Assembly (NCBI GenBank): GCA_964423075.1
Contig: CAYREA010000006.1
Coordinates: 5,514 to 69,513 of the forward strand
DNA from: an uncultured Rubrivivax sp.
GTDB lineage: Bacteria > Pseudomonadota > Gammaproteobacteria > Burkholderiales > Burkholderiaceae_C
Reading direction: 5' to 3'
DNA: 64,000 bases
Part shown: in pieces, positions 24,332 to 34,520 of the stretch
Numbering within the stretch: position 1 is the first letter of the stretch
Layout of the letters: each line of letters starts with the position of its first letter
Translations under genes and position numbers: made by a program
The notes under the pieces: generated by a model
Told to the model about the DNA's origin: nothing
Databases searched by the model: none
Seen by the model: the letters and a program-made list of their open reading frames with translations, nothing else

Positions 24332-25968
24332 GCACCGCCCGCCTGCAGATGCTGCGCGACGCCGCTGTCTCCCAGCGCCTGTTGCCGCCCCATGCCCAGG
24401 TGCCGGCGCAGGACACCCGCCCCTGGCCCGCGGTTCTGCTGATGGCACTGGGTGCCTGGCTGGCTGCGCTGCCGCTGCTGGGCGTGGTGGGCCTGCTCTT
24501 CGGCGATCTGCTGCAAGGCGCCGTGGGGCCTTATGCCGTGGGCCTGCTGCTGCTGGCCGGCGCGCTGGTGGTTTTGCGCAGCGAGCAGACACCCCTCTTC
24601 GTCGAGCAGCTGGCCGTGCCGGCGGTACTGGTGGGCCTGCTGTCGCTGGGCTGGGCCTTCTTCCGCGACCTGCCCGCGGGCCTGGCGGCAGCGCTGCTGG
24701 CCCTGCTGGTGCTGGCCCTGGGCTGGGCCGTGCGCCGCGCCTGGATGCGGGCGCCGCTGGGTGCCGCCGGTGCGCTGCTGTGGGCACTGGCCTTCTCCCC
24801 GCACGGCGACCCCTGGGCCTGGCAGGGTGGCGCGATGCTGCGTTACGGCCTGGCCTGGCAGGGCGGCGTGCTGATCTGGCTGGCTGCCTTGGCGCTGCAG
24901 GGCCGGGCCCTGGCCGGTGCAGCCGCGACGCAGGCTGCCGCCGCGCTGGAGGCGCTGGCCGCCGGCTGGCTGCTGGCCTGCCTGGCGGGGCTGGCCTGGT
25001 GGGCCGGCAGCAGCTTCCTGGTGAGCGGGGTGCTGGGGGGTGGTGTCGTCGGCGAGATCGGGCGCCTGGCGCTTGAACACCGCTGGCAGGCGGGGCGCGT
25101 GCCGCTGCTGCAGGGCCTGTCGGTGCTGCTGGCGGCTTGTGCGCTGGCGCTGGCCGCGCGCGCCTGGCCCGGGCAACGCAAGCCCTGGCTGGCGCTGGCC
25201 GGGCTGGTGCCAGTGCTGCTGGCGGGCTTCATGCCGGCGCTGGGCGCGCTGCTGCTGGCGCTGGCAGCCTGCGCCATCACCGCGCGCTGGCGCCTGGCTG
25301 CGGCAGCGGGGCTGGCCGCGGCCTGGGTCATTGGCGCCTTCTACTACCAGCTGGCCTGGCCGCTGGCGCAGAAGGCCGTGGTGCTGGCGCTGGCCGGCGC
25401 GCTGCTGGGTGCGCTGGCGTGGTGGCCGGCGCGGCGCGCCTTTGCGGCGCGGGACGAAGCCGCAGCGGCCACAGCCGCCCCGCCGCGCTGGGCCCGCGCC
25501 GGCCTGGCCGCGGGCGCGCTGCTGGTGCTGGCCGTGGCCAACCTCGGCATCTGGCAGAAGGAGTCGCTCATCGCCCACGGCCAGCCGGTCTTCGTGGACC
25601 TGGCGCCGCGCGACCCGCGTTCGCTGATGCAGGGCGACTACATGGCGCTGAACTTCCGCTTGGGGGTCGACACCACGGCCGTCGGCCTGATGAGCGGCGC
25701 ACGCCCGCGCGTGGTGGCACGGCGCGACGCGCAGAGCGTCGCCACCGTGCTGCGCCTGCACCAGCCGGGCGGCGCACTGGCGGCCGACGAGCTGCTGATC
25801 GAGCTCACGCCCAAGGGCGGCCGCTGGACCCTGGTCACCGACGCCTGGTTCTTCCGCGAAGGCGAGGCCGAGCGCTGGGCCGCGGCGCGCTACGGCGAGT
25901 TTCGCGTGGCGCCCGACGGCCGCGCGCTGCTGGTGGGCCTGCGCGGGGTCGACCTCAAGCCGCTGTAG
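24328..25968 (+). CDS. DUF4401-like membrane domain fused to a GDYXXLXY domain
   Basis: FYYQLAWPLAQKA; LAPRDPRSLMQGDYMALNF; ATGA overlap with the upstream gene. Confidence 0.85.
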   Translation: MSTARLQMLRDAAVSQRLLPPHAQVPAQDTRPWPAVLLMALGAWLAALPLLGVVGLLFGDLLQGAVGPYAVGLLLLAGALVVLRSEQTPLFVEQLAVPAVLVGLLSLGWAFFRDLPAGLAAALLALLVLALGWAVRRAWMRAPLGAAGALLWALAFSPHGDPWAWQGGAMLRYGLAWQGGVLIWLAALALQGRALAGAAATQAAAALEALAAGWLLACLAGLAWWAGSSFLVSGVLGGGVVGEIGRLALEHRWQAGRVPLLQGLSVLLAACALALAARAWPGQRKPWLALAGLVPVLLAGFMPALGALLLALAACAITARWRLAAAAGLAAAWVIGAFYYQLAWPLAQKAVVLALAGALLGALAWWPARRAFAARDEAAAATAAPPRWARAGLAAGALLVLAVANLGIWQKESLIAHGQPVFVDLAPRDPRSLMQGDYMALNFRLGVDTTAVGLMSGARPRVVARRDAQSVATVLRLHQPGGALAADELLIELTPKGGRWTLVTDAWFFREGEAERWAAARYGEFRVAPDGRALLVGLRGVDLKPL

Positions 25969-25975
25969 GCGTGCC

Positions 25976-26707
25976 TCAGCCGCGCGGGCTGAAGGTGCGC
26001 GGGAACAGCACCGGCGCGCTGCGGTCCTTCAGCCGGTAGCCCATGGGCGGGCGCTTGGCCGCGGTTTCCATCTGGCCGGCTTCGAGCAGGAAGTCGGCCG
26101 CCAGCATGCGGGTGCGAAAGCCGCTCTTGTCCACCGGCCGGCCCAGCACCACCTCGTAGGCGTGCTGCAGCTGCGGCAGCGTGAAGGGCTCGGGCAGCAG
26201 GAAGGCCGGCAGCGAGGTGTATTCCACCTTGCTGCGCAGCCGCTCCACCGCGGTGGCCAGGATCTGTGCGTGGTCGAAGGCCAGCTTCAGCCGCGGCGGC
26301 AGGCGGTCGACGGCGAACCAGGCCACGTCGGCTGCATTGGCGCCCCTGGCCGGCTGCAGCTCGCGCGCCGGCAGCAGCGCAAAGTAGACGTGGGTGGACG
26401 ACCAGCCGCGCGGGTCGCGCGTGGCGCTGCCCCAGCTGCCCAGCTGCTCGAGGTAGGGGCTGGCAACGCCGGTCTTCTCGCGCAGCTTGCGGCTGGCGCA
26501 GGCTTCGAGGTGCGCGTCCTGCGCCACGTCGACGAAGCCGCCCGGCAGCGCCCAGTGGCCGGGAAAAGGCTCGCCGGGCGCGGCGGCGCGCTGCACCAGC
26601 AGCACCTGCAGCTCATCGCCCAGCACGCTGAAGATGGCCACGTCCACCGTGGTCAGCGGGCGCGGGAAGTCGGCGCCGGCCGCGGCGTCACGCCGGCGCG
26701 TTGCCAT
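25976..26707 (-). CDS. nrtR: Nudix-related transcriptional regulator
   Basis: Degenerate Nudix box LPGGFVD...RKLREKTG, RDPRGW, LAFDH, wHTH FTLPQLQ...DKSGFR; ends the NAD operon. Confidence 0.9.
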   Translation of the reverse strand: MATRRRDAAAGADFPRPLTTVDVAIFSVLGDELQVLLVQRAAAPGEPFPGHWALPGGFVDVAQDAHLEACASRKLREKTGVASPYLEQLGSWGSATRDPRGWSSTHVYFALLPARELQPARGANAADVAWFAVDRLPPRLKLAFDHAQILATAVERLRSKVEYTSLPAFLLPEPFTLPQLQHAYEVVLGRPVDKSGFRTRMLAADFLLEAGQMETAAKRPPMGYRLKDRSAPVLFPRTFSPRG

Positions 26708-27740
26708 GCAGCAGCCCCAGGAAGTGGTCGAGCATGTGGAAGTGGTCGTCGTGGAAGCGGTCTTCGAGCTCGCCCAGCCGCGCCAGCGGCACCCATTCCA
26801 CGGATTGCGCGTCGTCGTCGGCGCGCACTTCGGGCAGGGGCCGGTCGCCCAGGTCGAAGTGGAAGGCGTGGGTGATGGTGCGGCCGCGCTGGCTGCGCTC
26901 GGGGTGGTCGAACACGGCCTGTCCGCGCAGCGCGCGCCTCAGGTCGTCGGGCAGCAGCTTCAGGTGCGTCTCTTCCTCCAGTTCACGCAGTGCCGACTGG
27001 TAGGTGGTTTCGCGCTGCTCGATGAAACCACCCGGCACGGCGTACAGGCCGCGGCCGGGCGCGTGGGCGCGGCGGATCAGCAGCACGTGGCCGGCGCAGG
27101 ACACCACCGCGTCCACCGTCACGAACACCGGCGGGTAGGGCGCGGCGGCCCAGGCCTGGCGGTAGCTGCGCAGGTGGCGCCATTCCTCGGCCAGCGGTGC
27201 CAGCCACGGCAGCGCGGCCCAGGCGCGCAGGAACTGCAGCGTGGAGGCCGGGGCCCGGCCCGCCAGCGCGGCGAGCGTGGCGTCGAGCACGCCGGGCTCG
27301 GTGCCGAAGAGCGCGTCGCGCAGCTGCGTGCCGTCGGCGCCTTCGACGCGCCCGGCGCGCTGCAGCGTCCAGCCGGGAAAGCCCAGCAGGTACTCGCTGG
27401 TGGCGTCCTTGAAGTGGCCCACCAGCGCCACACGCGCCGCCGCGCCGGCCAGTGCCGCCACCGCCTGGTGCACCTCGCGCTGCCAGCGCGCCGCGTTGTA
27501 GCAGTCGCGCCGGGGGAGGAACTGCACCCGCGCACGCTCGGCTTCCGGCAGCGCCAGGCGGATCATCCCGGCCCGCTCGTCGGCCGTGAACGGGTTGCGC
27601 GGCGTGCGGGCCTGGTGCGCCGAACCCAGCACCACCACGCAGCGCGGCGCCAGCGCCAGGGCCTGCCGCAGCAGCGCCAGGTGGCCGTTGTGCAAGGGCT
27701 GGAAGCGGCCGATCACCACCGCCACGTCGGCTTGCGTCAT
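26688..27740 (-). CDS. nadM: Bifunctional NMN adenylyltransferase / Nudix ADP-ribose hydrolase
   Basis: [15 protein letters not shown], intact Nudix box [30 protein letters not shown]. Confidence 0.92.
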   Translation of the reverse strand: MTQADVAVVIGRFQPLHNGHLALLRQALALAPRCVVVLGSAHQARTPRNPFTADERAGMIRLALPEAERARVQFLPRRDCYNAARWQREVHQAVAALAGAAARVALVGHFKDATSEYLLGFPGWTLQRAGRVEGADGTQLRDALFGTEPGVLDATLAALAGRAPASTLQFLRAWAALPWLAPLAEEWRHLRSYRQAWAAAPYPPVFVTVDAVVSCAGHVLLIRRAHAPGRGLYAVPGGFIEQRETTYQSALRELEEETHLKLLPDDLRRALRGQAVFDHPERSQRGRTITHAFHFDLGDRPLPEVRADDDAQSVEWVPLARLGELEDRFHDDHFHMLDHFLGLLHGNAPA

Positions 27741-27751
27741 GGACTCTTCCT

Positions 27752-29449
27752 TCACAGCAGTTGGGCCGCGATGGGCATCTGCCGCCCGCTGCCGAAGGCG
27801 CGCGAGCGCACGCGCAGGATGGGCGCGGCCTGGCGCCGCTTGTACTCGTTGCGCGCGATCAGCCCGCGCACGCGCTGCACGGTGGCCTCGCCTTCGGCCG
27901 TCTGGCGCAGCTTCGCGACGAAGGCGCTGGCCTCGTCCCATTCCCAGTGCGCCAGGCGCCGGCCTTCGATCAGCCACTTCAGGATCTCGTCCAGCACCGG
28001 GTAAGGCGGCAGGCTGTCGCTGTCGCGCTGGCCCGGCGCCAGCTCGGCCGAGGGTTCCTTGTCGATGATGGCCTGCGGAATGAGCGTGCGGCCCGCCACC
28101 TGGTTGAGGTGCCGCGCCAGCGCGAACACCTCGGTCTTGTAGAGATCGCCGATGGGCCCCAGGCCGCCGTTGGTGTCGCCGTACAGCGTGCAGTAGCCCA
28201 CCGAGATCTCGCTCTTGTTGCCCGTGGTCAGCAGCAGGTGGCCAAAGCGGTTGCTGTAGGCCATCAGCACCGTGCCGCGCACGCGCGCCTGCAGGTTCTC
28301 CAGCGGCAGGCCGGCCATGGGCTGGCCGAAGCTGGCCTGGAACAGCTGCGACAGGGCGTCGACCGTGGCGGCGATGGGGTGGGTCTGCAACGGGATGCCG
28401 AGCGCGTCGCACAAGGCCTGCGAGTCGCTCACCGAGCCGGCCGACGAGAACACCGAGGGCATGGTGACGGCAGCGACGTTCTGCGCGCCCAGCGCCTCTA
28501 CGGCCAGGGCCAGGGTCAGCGCGCTGTCGATGCCACCCGAGCAGCCCACCACGGCCTGGCGGAAGCCGCAGCGGCGCGCGTAGTCGCGGATGCCCAGCAC
28601 GATCTGCGCGCGGTAGAAGGCCATGGTGGACAGGCCCGCCGGGTCTACCGCCGCCAGCGCCTGGCCGTCGCGCGCGCTGAAGCGGCCACCTTCGAAAGTG
28701 AGTGTGCTCACGTCCTCGACAAAACGCCGCGCCTCGAACACCACCTGCCCGGCCGGATTCACGGCGAACGAGGCACCGTCGAACACCACCTGGTCCTGCC
28801 CGCCCACCTGGTTGACGAACAGCAGCGGCAGGCCGTGGCGCCGGCAGGCCGCGCCGAACACCTGGTGGCGCTGCTCGCGCTTGCCGATGTTGGACGGGCT
28901 GGCGTTGATCGACACCACCAGATCGGGCGCCGCGTCGGCCAGGCGCAGGAAGGGGTTGACGGCGTAGTCCTGGCCGGCGTCGTTCCAGCCGTCCTCGCAG
29001 ATCATCAGGCCGACCTGCACCCCGCCGATGCGCAGCACGCGCGCCACGTCGGGGCCGGGCTCGAAGTGGCGGCGCTCGTCGAAGATGCCGTAGGTGGGCA
29101 GCAACTGCTTGGCGTAGCGCAGCAGGATCTCGCCGGCCTTGAAGACAACGAGCGCGTTCTCCAGCGCCTTGCCGGCGCCGCTGCGGCGCAAGGGCGTGCC
29201 GACGATCCAGTGCAGCTCGCGCAACTGGCGCGAGGCCTGCTGCAGCGCCGCCAGCCCGGCCTCGGTGCGTTCGATGAAGCCGGGCTCTTCGAGCAGGTCG
29301 CCTGGGTAGTAGCCGGTGAGCGACAGCTCGGGGAACACCACCAGCGCCGCACCATCCAGCGCCGCCTGCTGCGCGGCGGCCACCATGCGTGCCACGTTGC
29401 CCTCGATGTCGCCCACCGTCGGGTTGAGCTGGGCCACGGTGAGCTTCAT
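27752..29449 (-). CDS. nadE: Glutamine-dependent NAD+ synthetase
   Basis: Nitrilase triad FPEL / YAKQLLP / ICED; SGGIDSA; ENLQARVRG; TGNKSE. Confidence 0.96.
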   Translation of the reverse strand: MKLTVAQLNPTVGDIEGNVARMVAAAQQAALDGAALVVFPELSLTGYYPGDLLEEPGFIERTEAGLAALQQASRQLRELHWIVGTPLRRSGAGKALENALVVFKAGEILLRYAKQLLPTYGIFDERRHFEPGPDVARVLRIGGVQVGLMICEDGWNDAGQDYAVNPFLRLADAAPDLVVSINASPSNIGKREQRHQVFGAACRRHGLPLLFVNQVGGQDQVVFDGASFAVNPAGQVVFEARRFVEDVSTLTFEGGRFSARDGQALAAVDPAGLSTMAFYRAQIVLGIRDYARRCGFRQAVVGCSGGIDSALTLALAVEALGAQNVAAVTMPSVFSSAGSVSDSQALCDALGIPLQTHPIAATVDALSQLFQASFGQPMAGLPLENLQARVRGTVLMAYSNRFGHLLLTTGNKSEISVGYCTLYGDTNGGLGPIGDLYKTEVFALARHLNQVAGRTLIPQAIIDKEPSAELAPGQRDSDSLPPYPVLDEILKWLIEGRRLAHWEWDEASAFVAKLRQTAEGEATVQRVRGLIARNEYKRRQAAPILRVRSRAFGSGRQMPIAAQLL

Positions 29450-30633
29450 TCGCGCACCTTGAACACCTGGCGCAGGTAGGCCAGGAAGGTCTCGTCGTCG
29501 CAGATCGTCTTGCCCGGCGAGTCCGACAGCTTGGCCACCGGCTGGCCGTTGCAGCGCACCAGCTTCATCACGATGTTCAGCGGCTTCAGCCCCATGTCGT
29601 TGGTGAGGTGGGTGCCGATGCCGAAACCCAGCTGTGTGCGGTCGGCGAAGTGGCGGTAGATGCGGAAGGCCTCGGGCAGGTCCAGCCCGTCGCTGAACAC
29701 CAGGCGCTTGGTGTGCGCGTCGATGCGCAGGCCGGCGTAGTGGGCCAGCGCCTTCTCGCCCCAGACGATGGGGTCGCCCGAATCGTGGCGCAGGCCGTCG
29801 AAGAGCTTGGCGAAGTAGAGGTCGAAGTCGGCCAGGAAGGCGTCCATGCCCACCACGTCGGTGAGCGCGGTGCCCAGGTCGCCGCGGTATTCCTGCACCC
29901 AGTCTTCCAGCGCGGCCTTCTGGAAGTTGCGCAGCCGCACGTCCAGCGCCTGGTAGCTCTGCAGGTACTCGTGCGCCATGGTGCCGATGGCCACCAGGCC
30001 CAGGGTGCGCGCCAGGTGCACGTTGGAGGTGCCCTTGAAGAACTGCGGCACCTCGCGCTGCAGCGTGCGCACCACCTCTTCCTGCCAGGCGCCCGAGTAG
30101 CGGCGGCGCACGCCGAAGTCGAAGAACTCGAAGGCGTGTGCGCGCGCCGGCTCCTGGCCGAAGCGGCGCAGCAGGTCCACCTTGGCCGCCAGGCGGCGGC
30201 GGCCTTCTTCCAATGCCGCGCTGGCGTCGAAGCGGCGAAAGTACAGCTCGTTGACGATGGCCAGGATGAAGATCTCGAAGCCCATCACGTGCACCTGGCG
30301 CCCGCTGGCCACGACCGTCAGCGTGTCACCTTCGATGCCGGCCTCGATGAAGCGGCGCTGGAAGCGGAAGATGCGCAGGAAGTCGACGAAGTCGGGCTTG
30401 ATGTAGCGCAGGCCGCCCAGGTAGGCGAGTTCCTCTTCGGTGAAGGACAGGCTGCACAGGTGGTCGAGCTGCCCGTCCAGGTCGGCGAGCAGCGTGGGCA
30501 GCGGGTACTCGGCGCTGTTGCGGCAGACGAAGCGGTATTCGGCCGTGGCTTGCGGCTGGCGGTGCAGCATGGCCTGCCACATGGTGAACTTGTAGAGGTC
30601 GGTGTCCAGCAGGCTGCGGATGACGGGGCTCAT
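29446..30633 (-). CDS. pncB: Nicotinate phosphoribosyltransferase
   Basis: [40 protein letters not shown]. Confidence 0.96.
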   Translation of the reverse strand: MSPVIRSLLDTDLYKFTMWQAMLHRQPQATAEYRFVCRNSAEYPLPTLLADLDGQLDHLCSLSFTEEELAYLGGLRYIKPDFVDFLRIFRFQRRFIEAGIEGDTLTVVASGRQVHVMGFEIFILAIVNELYFRRFDASAALEEGRRRLAAKVDLLRRFGQEPARAHAFEFFDFGVRRRYSGAWQEEVVRTLQREVPQFFKGTSNVHLARTLGLVAIGTMAHEYLQSYQALDVRLRNFQKAALEDWVQEYRGDLGTALTDVVGMDAFLADFDLYFAKLFDGLRHDSGDPIVWGEKALAHYAGLRIDAHTKRLVFSDGLDLPEAFRIYRHFADRTQLGFGIGTHLTNDMGLKPLNIVMKLVRCNGQPVAKLSDSPGKTICDDETFLAYLRQVFKVRE

Positions 30634-30650
30634 GGCGGCTTTCGTCCGGT

Positions 30651-31517
30651 TCAGCGGGCCGCGGCCTGCACCAGGGGCAGCAGCTCGGCGGTGGTGGCGA
30701 GCGTGGCGCCGCGTGTGCGCATCTCGGCCAGGAAGGCCTGCTGCTGGGGCTCGAAGCCGGCCACCGGGCTCATGGCATCGGTGAGCAGCGTCACGCGGCG
30801 CGCGCCTTCGGGGCCGAGCTGTTCCACCAGGTCGCCGACCGTGGCCTTCACGCAGTGGCTGCCGGCCTCGCCGGCCACCAGGATGCGGTCCGCCCCGGCC
30901 AGGCGCTGCAGCAGGGCATCGTTGAGCTGGGTGGCTTCGTCGTCGGCATCGGGCACCTCGGCCAGCAGGGCGCTGTAGTGCTCGGTCCAGGGGTTCTGGC
31001 CCTTGGTGATCTTGGCCACTTGGGTGAGCTGGGCCGATTCCCACGCGGCATAGGCGGCCTGCAGGCCGGCGTGCACGGCGTGGCCCCAGGTGCCGATCTC
31101 GCAGTGCACGGGCCACACCATCAGCGTGTAGCGGCCGCGCGCCTCCAGCTCGTCCAGGTAGGCCAGGGTGCGCGGCAGCGCGGTGGCCGCGCGCGGGCGG
31201 AAGTCGCCTGCGCGGACCTGGGCCGCGGTGATGGGGGTGAAGGGCGCGACGGCCGAGCCGTCGGCCTGCCTCCAGAAGGTGGGGTGGGCGATGTCGACGC
31301 GGTGGTGCGAGTCGAGCGTGACGGTGATGGCCGCCAGGCCCGCGCCGCCGGCGCGGACGAGGCCGGCCACGCGCTGCATGTCGGCATGCGCGCCGGGCAC
31401 CGGCAGGGCCGGGGCGAGCGGGCTGCCGGTGAGGGGGTTGAGCGGGCGCCAGGCCTCGGGCAGATCGCAGAAGTCGTTCTGGGGGTCGATGACCAGGAGG
31501 TGGATGCGGGGCTTCAT
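30651..31517 (-). CDS. pncA: Nicotinamidase-like cysteine hydrolase
   Basis: [26 protein letters not shown]; first gene of the NAD salvage operon. Confidence 0.82.
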   Translation of the reverse strand: MKPRIHLLVIDPQNDFCDLPEAWRPLNPLTGSPLAPALPVPGAHADMQRVAGLVRAGGAGLAAITVTLDSHHRVDIAHPTFWRQADGSAVAPFTPITAAQVRAGDFRPRAATALPRTLAYLDELEARGRYTLMVWPVHCEIGTWGHAVHAGLQAAYAAWESAQLTQVAKITKGQNPWTEHYSALLAEVPDADDEATQLNDALLQRLAGADRILVAGEAGSHCVKATVGDLVEQLGPEGARRVTLLTDAMSPVAGFEPQQQAFLAEMRTRGATLATTAELLPLVQAAAR

Positions 31518-31548
31518 CGCGGCTCTTGGGGAAGGTGTCGGTGGCTGG

Positions 31549-31580
31549 ACTTTAGCCGATCAAGTTGTTTTGTACAACTT
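31549..31580 (-). promoter_or_regulatory. Sigma70 promoter of the NAD operon overlapped by a candidate NrtR operator
   Basis: Minus strand TTGTAC-17-TAAAGT; AT-rich palindrome AAGTTGT-N5-ACAACTT (31562-31580) covers the -35. Confidence 0.7.
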
Positions 31581-31706
31581 ATAGACCCGCGGCAAGCGGC
31601 ATGGCGCGTCTGCCCCGGCGGGCCGGGGTGGGCCTGCGCTTCACTGCGCACCGTGGCTCCCTGTCTCGGCTTTCCTGCGCTGACGCGCGCTATCGGCGGC
31701 GTTGCG

Positions 31707-31919
31707 TCAGAACCAGATGTTCCACAGCCCCACGAACACATGGCCCCAGATCAGGATGTTCACGGCCAGCATCGTGAACACGCGGCTGAAGTTCCACAGC
31801 GCGCGGGCGCGCCACAGCGCCTCGTGGCGGCCGGTGAACATATACAGCAACATGAACAGCACCGAAGGCACGAAGGTGCCGACGATGAGCACGGCCATCA
31901 AGCCATAAAAGACGTTCAT
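31707..31919 (-). CDS. Small two-TM hypothetical membrane protein (70 aa)
   Basis: Two hydrophobic stretches, GC3-rich codons, fills an otherwise empty gap. Confidence 0.65.
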   Translation of the reverse strand: MNVFYGLMAVLIVGTFVPSVLFMLLYMFTGRHEALWRARALWNFSRVFTMLAVNILIWGHVFVGLWNIWF

Positions 31920-32049
31920 CGCTGCATGGACAGGGGCGGGCGGGCGGGCATGCGGCGGAATGTACTGCACGGTGCACGCCGTCTCGCTCTGCCGCGGCCC
32001 TACACTCGCGCCGTTCGAACCGCCGAGAAACCGCCTTCACACTCCCCGC

Positions 32050-33126
32050 ATGCGCAAGCAAACCAAAGGCGTGCCGCTGCCGCGCGGCGGCAAGGTGACC
32101 CTGGAGATGGTGGCCCAGGCCAGCGGCGTGTCGCCGAGCACGGTCTCGCGCATCCTGAACGGCACCGCCATCGTCAGCGGCGACAAGCGCGCCGCGGTGG
32201 ACCAGGCCATCGCACAACTCGGCTTCGTGCCCAACCCCATCGCGCGCGGCCTGGCCGGCGGGCGCACCATGAGCGTGGGCGTCGTCACGCAGACCATCGA
32301 CAGCCCCTTCTACGGCGTGGCGCTGCGCGGCATCGAAGAAGCGCTGGGCCAGGCCGGCTACAGCGCGCTCTTCGTCAGCGGGCACTGGGACGCTGAAACC
32401 GAGAAACGCTGCATCGAGACCCTGCGCGTGCGACGTGTCGACGGGCTCATCATCCTCAACGCGCGCCTGGGCAACCCGACGCTGAAGGCGCTGGCCAAGA
32501 CGCTGCCCGTGGTGATCACCGGCCGCACGCTGAAGGCACCCGATCTCTACGCGCTGGACTTCGACAATTTCGAGGGCGCGCGCCTGGCCACGCACCACCT
32601 GCTGGCGCTGGGCCACCGCGACATCGTGCACATCGCGGGTGACCCTGAGCACCTGGACGCCATCGCGCGCCTGCGGGGCTACCGCGCCGCGCTGGAAGCC
32701 GCGGGCCTGCCCTACCGGCCCGAGCTGGTGCTGCCCGGCATGTACTTCGAGGACAGCGGCCGCATGGCGGTGGAGCGCCTGCTCGACAGCCGCGTGCCGT
32801 TCAGCGCCATCTTCGCCGCCAACGACCAGATGGCCTTCGGCGCCGCCGTGGCGCTGCACGCGCATGGGCTGCGTGTGCCCGAGCATGTGTCGCTGGTGGG
32901 CTTCGACGATCTCGCCAGCTCCGCCTTCGTGGTGCCGCCGCTCACCACCGTGCACCAGGCCGGGCTGGAACTGGGGCGGGTGGCCGCGGCCAGCCTGCTG
33001 GCGCTGCTAGGGGGGCAGACGCCCCAGCAGCAGCTGCCGGCGCCGCGGCTGATCGTGCGTGGCTCCACGCGCGCCGTGGCCGCGGCCAAGGGCGGCCGGG
33101 CGCCGCGCGGCGCGACTCCGCACTAA
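32050..33126 (+). CDS. LacI-family transcriptional regulator
   Basis: VTLEMVAQASGVSPSTVSRILN HTH; FVPNPIARGL hinge; AANDQMA; VGFDD. Confidence 0.95.
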   Translation: MRKQTKGVPLPRGGKVTLEMVAQASGVSPSTVSRILNGTAIVSGDKRAAVDQAIAQLGFVPNPIARGLAGGRTMSVGVVTQTIDSPFYGVALRGIEEALGQAGYSALFVSGHWDAETEKRCIETLRVRRVDGLIILNARLGNPTLKALAKTLPVVITGRTLKAPDLYALDFDNFEGARLATHHLLALGHRDIVHIAGDPEHLDAIARLRGYRAALEAAGLPYRPELVLPGMYFEDSGRMAVERLLDSRVPFSAIFAANDQMAFGAAVALHAHGLRVPEHVSLVGFDDLASSAFVVPPLTTVHQAGLELGRVAAASLLALLGGQTPQQQLPAPRLIVRGSTRAVAAAKGGRAPRGATPH

Positions 33127-33133
33127 TCCCGAT

Positions 33134-33177
33134 TTGACGCCGCAGGGGCGCTGCCCTAGAGTGTGAAAGCGCTTTCA
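33134..33177 (+). promoter_or_regulatory. Sigma70 promoter with LacI operator 1
   Basis: TTGACG-17-TAGAGT, followed after one base by the perfect palindrome TGAAAGCGCTTTCA (33164-33177). Confidence 0.88.
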
Positions 33178-33238
33178 ACGCGATGGGCCCTTGGCGCTCA
33201 TCCGGCGCGGCATGGGGCCCGAGGCCGAGAAGAACGTG

Positions 33239-34507
33239 ATGAAGGTGGACCTGACGCGACGCACCGGCCTGGCCTTGGGCCTGGGCCTGGGCTTGTGTGC
33301 CACCACCGTCCGCGCGGCCCCCGTGCGCCAGCTGACGGTGGCGGCCTTCCCCGCCATCGACCAGGTGGTGCGTGCGGCCGAGCCGGCCTGGCGCGCGCGT
33401 TTCCCGGATGTCGAGCTGAAGGTGGTCAGCCGCCAGATCAACGACCACCACGCGGCGATGACCACGGCACTGTCCACCGCCACGCAGCTGCCCGACCTGA
33501 TGGCGCTGGAGGTGCTGTACCTGGGCCGCTACGCACGCGGGCGCGGCCTGGAAGACCTGCGCGCCGAGCCCTACCGGGGCGAGGGCCTGCGCGCGCGCTT
33601 CGCGCCCTTCGCCTTCCAGCAGGCCATCAATGCACGGGGCGAACTGCTGGCCCTGCCCTCGGACATCGGCCCCGGCACGCTGCTGTACCGGCACGACCTG
33701 CTGGCGCGCGCCGGGCTGAAGGAAGACGCGCTCACACGCAGCTGGGATTCCTTCGTCGACAGCGGCCGCCAGATCAAGGCCCGCACCGGCGCCTACCTGC
33801 TGTCGCATGCGCGGGACATGAAGGACATCGCCATCCGCACCGGCATGCAACCGGGCGACGGCCTGCACTTCAGCCGCGACAACCGCGTGCTCGTCAACAC
33901 GCCGCGTTTTGCACGCGCCTTCGAGCTGGCGCGTGACGTGCGCAAGGCCAGGCTGGATGCCCGCATCTACGCCTGGTCGGCCGACTGGGCCGAAGGCTTC
34001 CGCCGCGGCAGCATCGCCACGCAGATGATGGGCGCCTGGCTGGCCGGCCACCTGAACGGCTGGCTCGCCCCCACCACCCGCGGCCTGTGGCGCGCCGCGC
34101 CGCTGCCCGAAGGTTCGTACGCGGCCTTCGGCGGCAGCTTCTTCGCCATACCGCGCGCTGCAGACCCCGCCACCAAGCCGCTGGCCTGGGCCCTGCTGCA
34201 GATGCTGACGCTCGACGCCGCGCTCCAACTGGCCGCCTTCAAGGCACACGACGCCTTCCCGGCCCTGGTGGCCACCTACGGCGACCCCTTCTTCGACGAG
34301 CCGATTCCCTTCCTCGACAACCAGGCGGCACGCCGCCTGTGGCGCGACGCCGCGCAGCACATCACCGCACCGGCCGTGAACCGCCAGGACGCCTTTGCCG
34401 AGGAGGTGACCAACACCGAACTCGACAAGGTGCTGGACCGCGGCAAGGACATCACCACCGCGCTGGGCGACGCCGAGCGCCTGCTGCGCCTGCGTGCCAC
34501 GCGCTGA
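33239..34507 (+). CDS. Carbohydrate ABC transporter substrate-binding protein (Tat signal)
   Basis: TRRTGL twin-arginine signal; LPDLMALE, DIGPGTLLYRHDLL, FGGSFFAIP. Confidence 0.9.
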   Translation: MKVDLTRRTGLALGLGLGLCATTVRAAPVRQLTVAAFPAIDQVVRAAEPAWRARFPDVELKVVSRQINDHHAAMTTALSTATQLPDLMALEVLYLGRYARGRGLEDLRAEPYRGEGLRARFAPFAFQQAINARGELLALPSDIGPGTLLYRHDLLARAGLKEDALTRSWDSFVDSGRQIKARTGAYLLSHARDMKDIAIRTGMQPGDGLHFSRDNRVLVNTPRFARAFELARDVRKARLDARIYAWSADWAEGFRRGSIATQMMGAWLAGHLNGWLAPTTRGLWRAAPLPEGSYAAFGGSFFAIPRAADPATKPLAWALLQMLTLDAALQLAAFKAHDAFPALVATYGDPFFDEPIPFLDNQAARRLWRDAAQHITAPAVNRQDAFAEEVTNTELDKVLDRGKDITTALGDAERLLRLRATR

Positions 34508-34520
34508 ACCACCACCGCCC

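Noticed and set aside
14880-31517. Treating the YehL, GDYXXLXY and NAD operons as one defence island
   Set aside because: Adjacency only; no mobility genes, no obvious composition shift, no recognised defence effectors.
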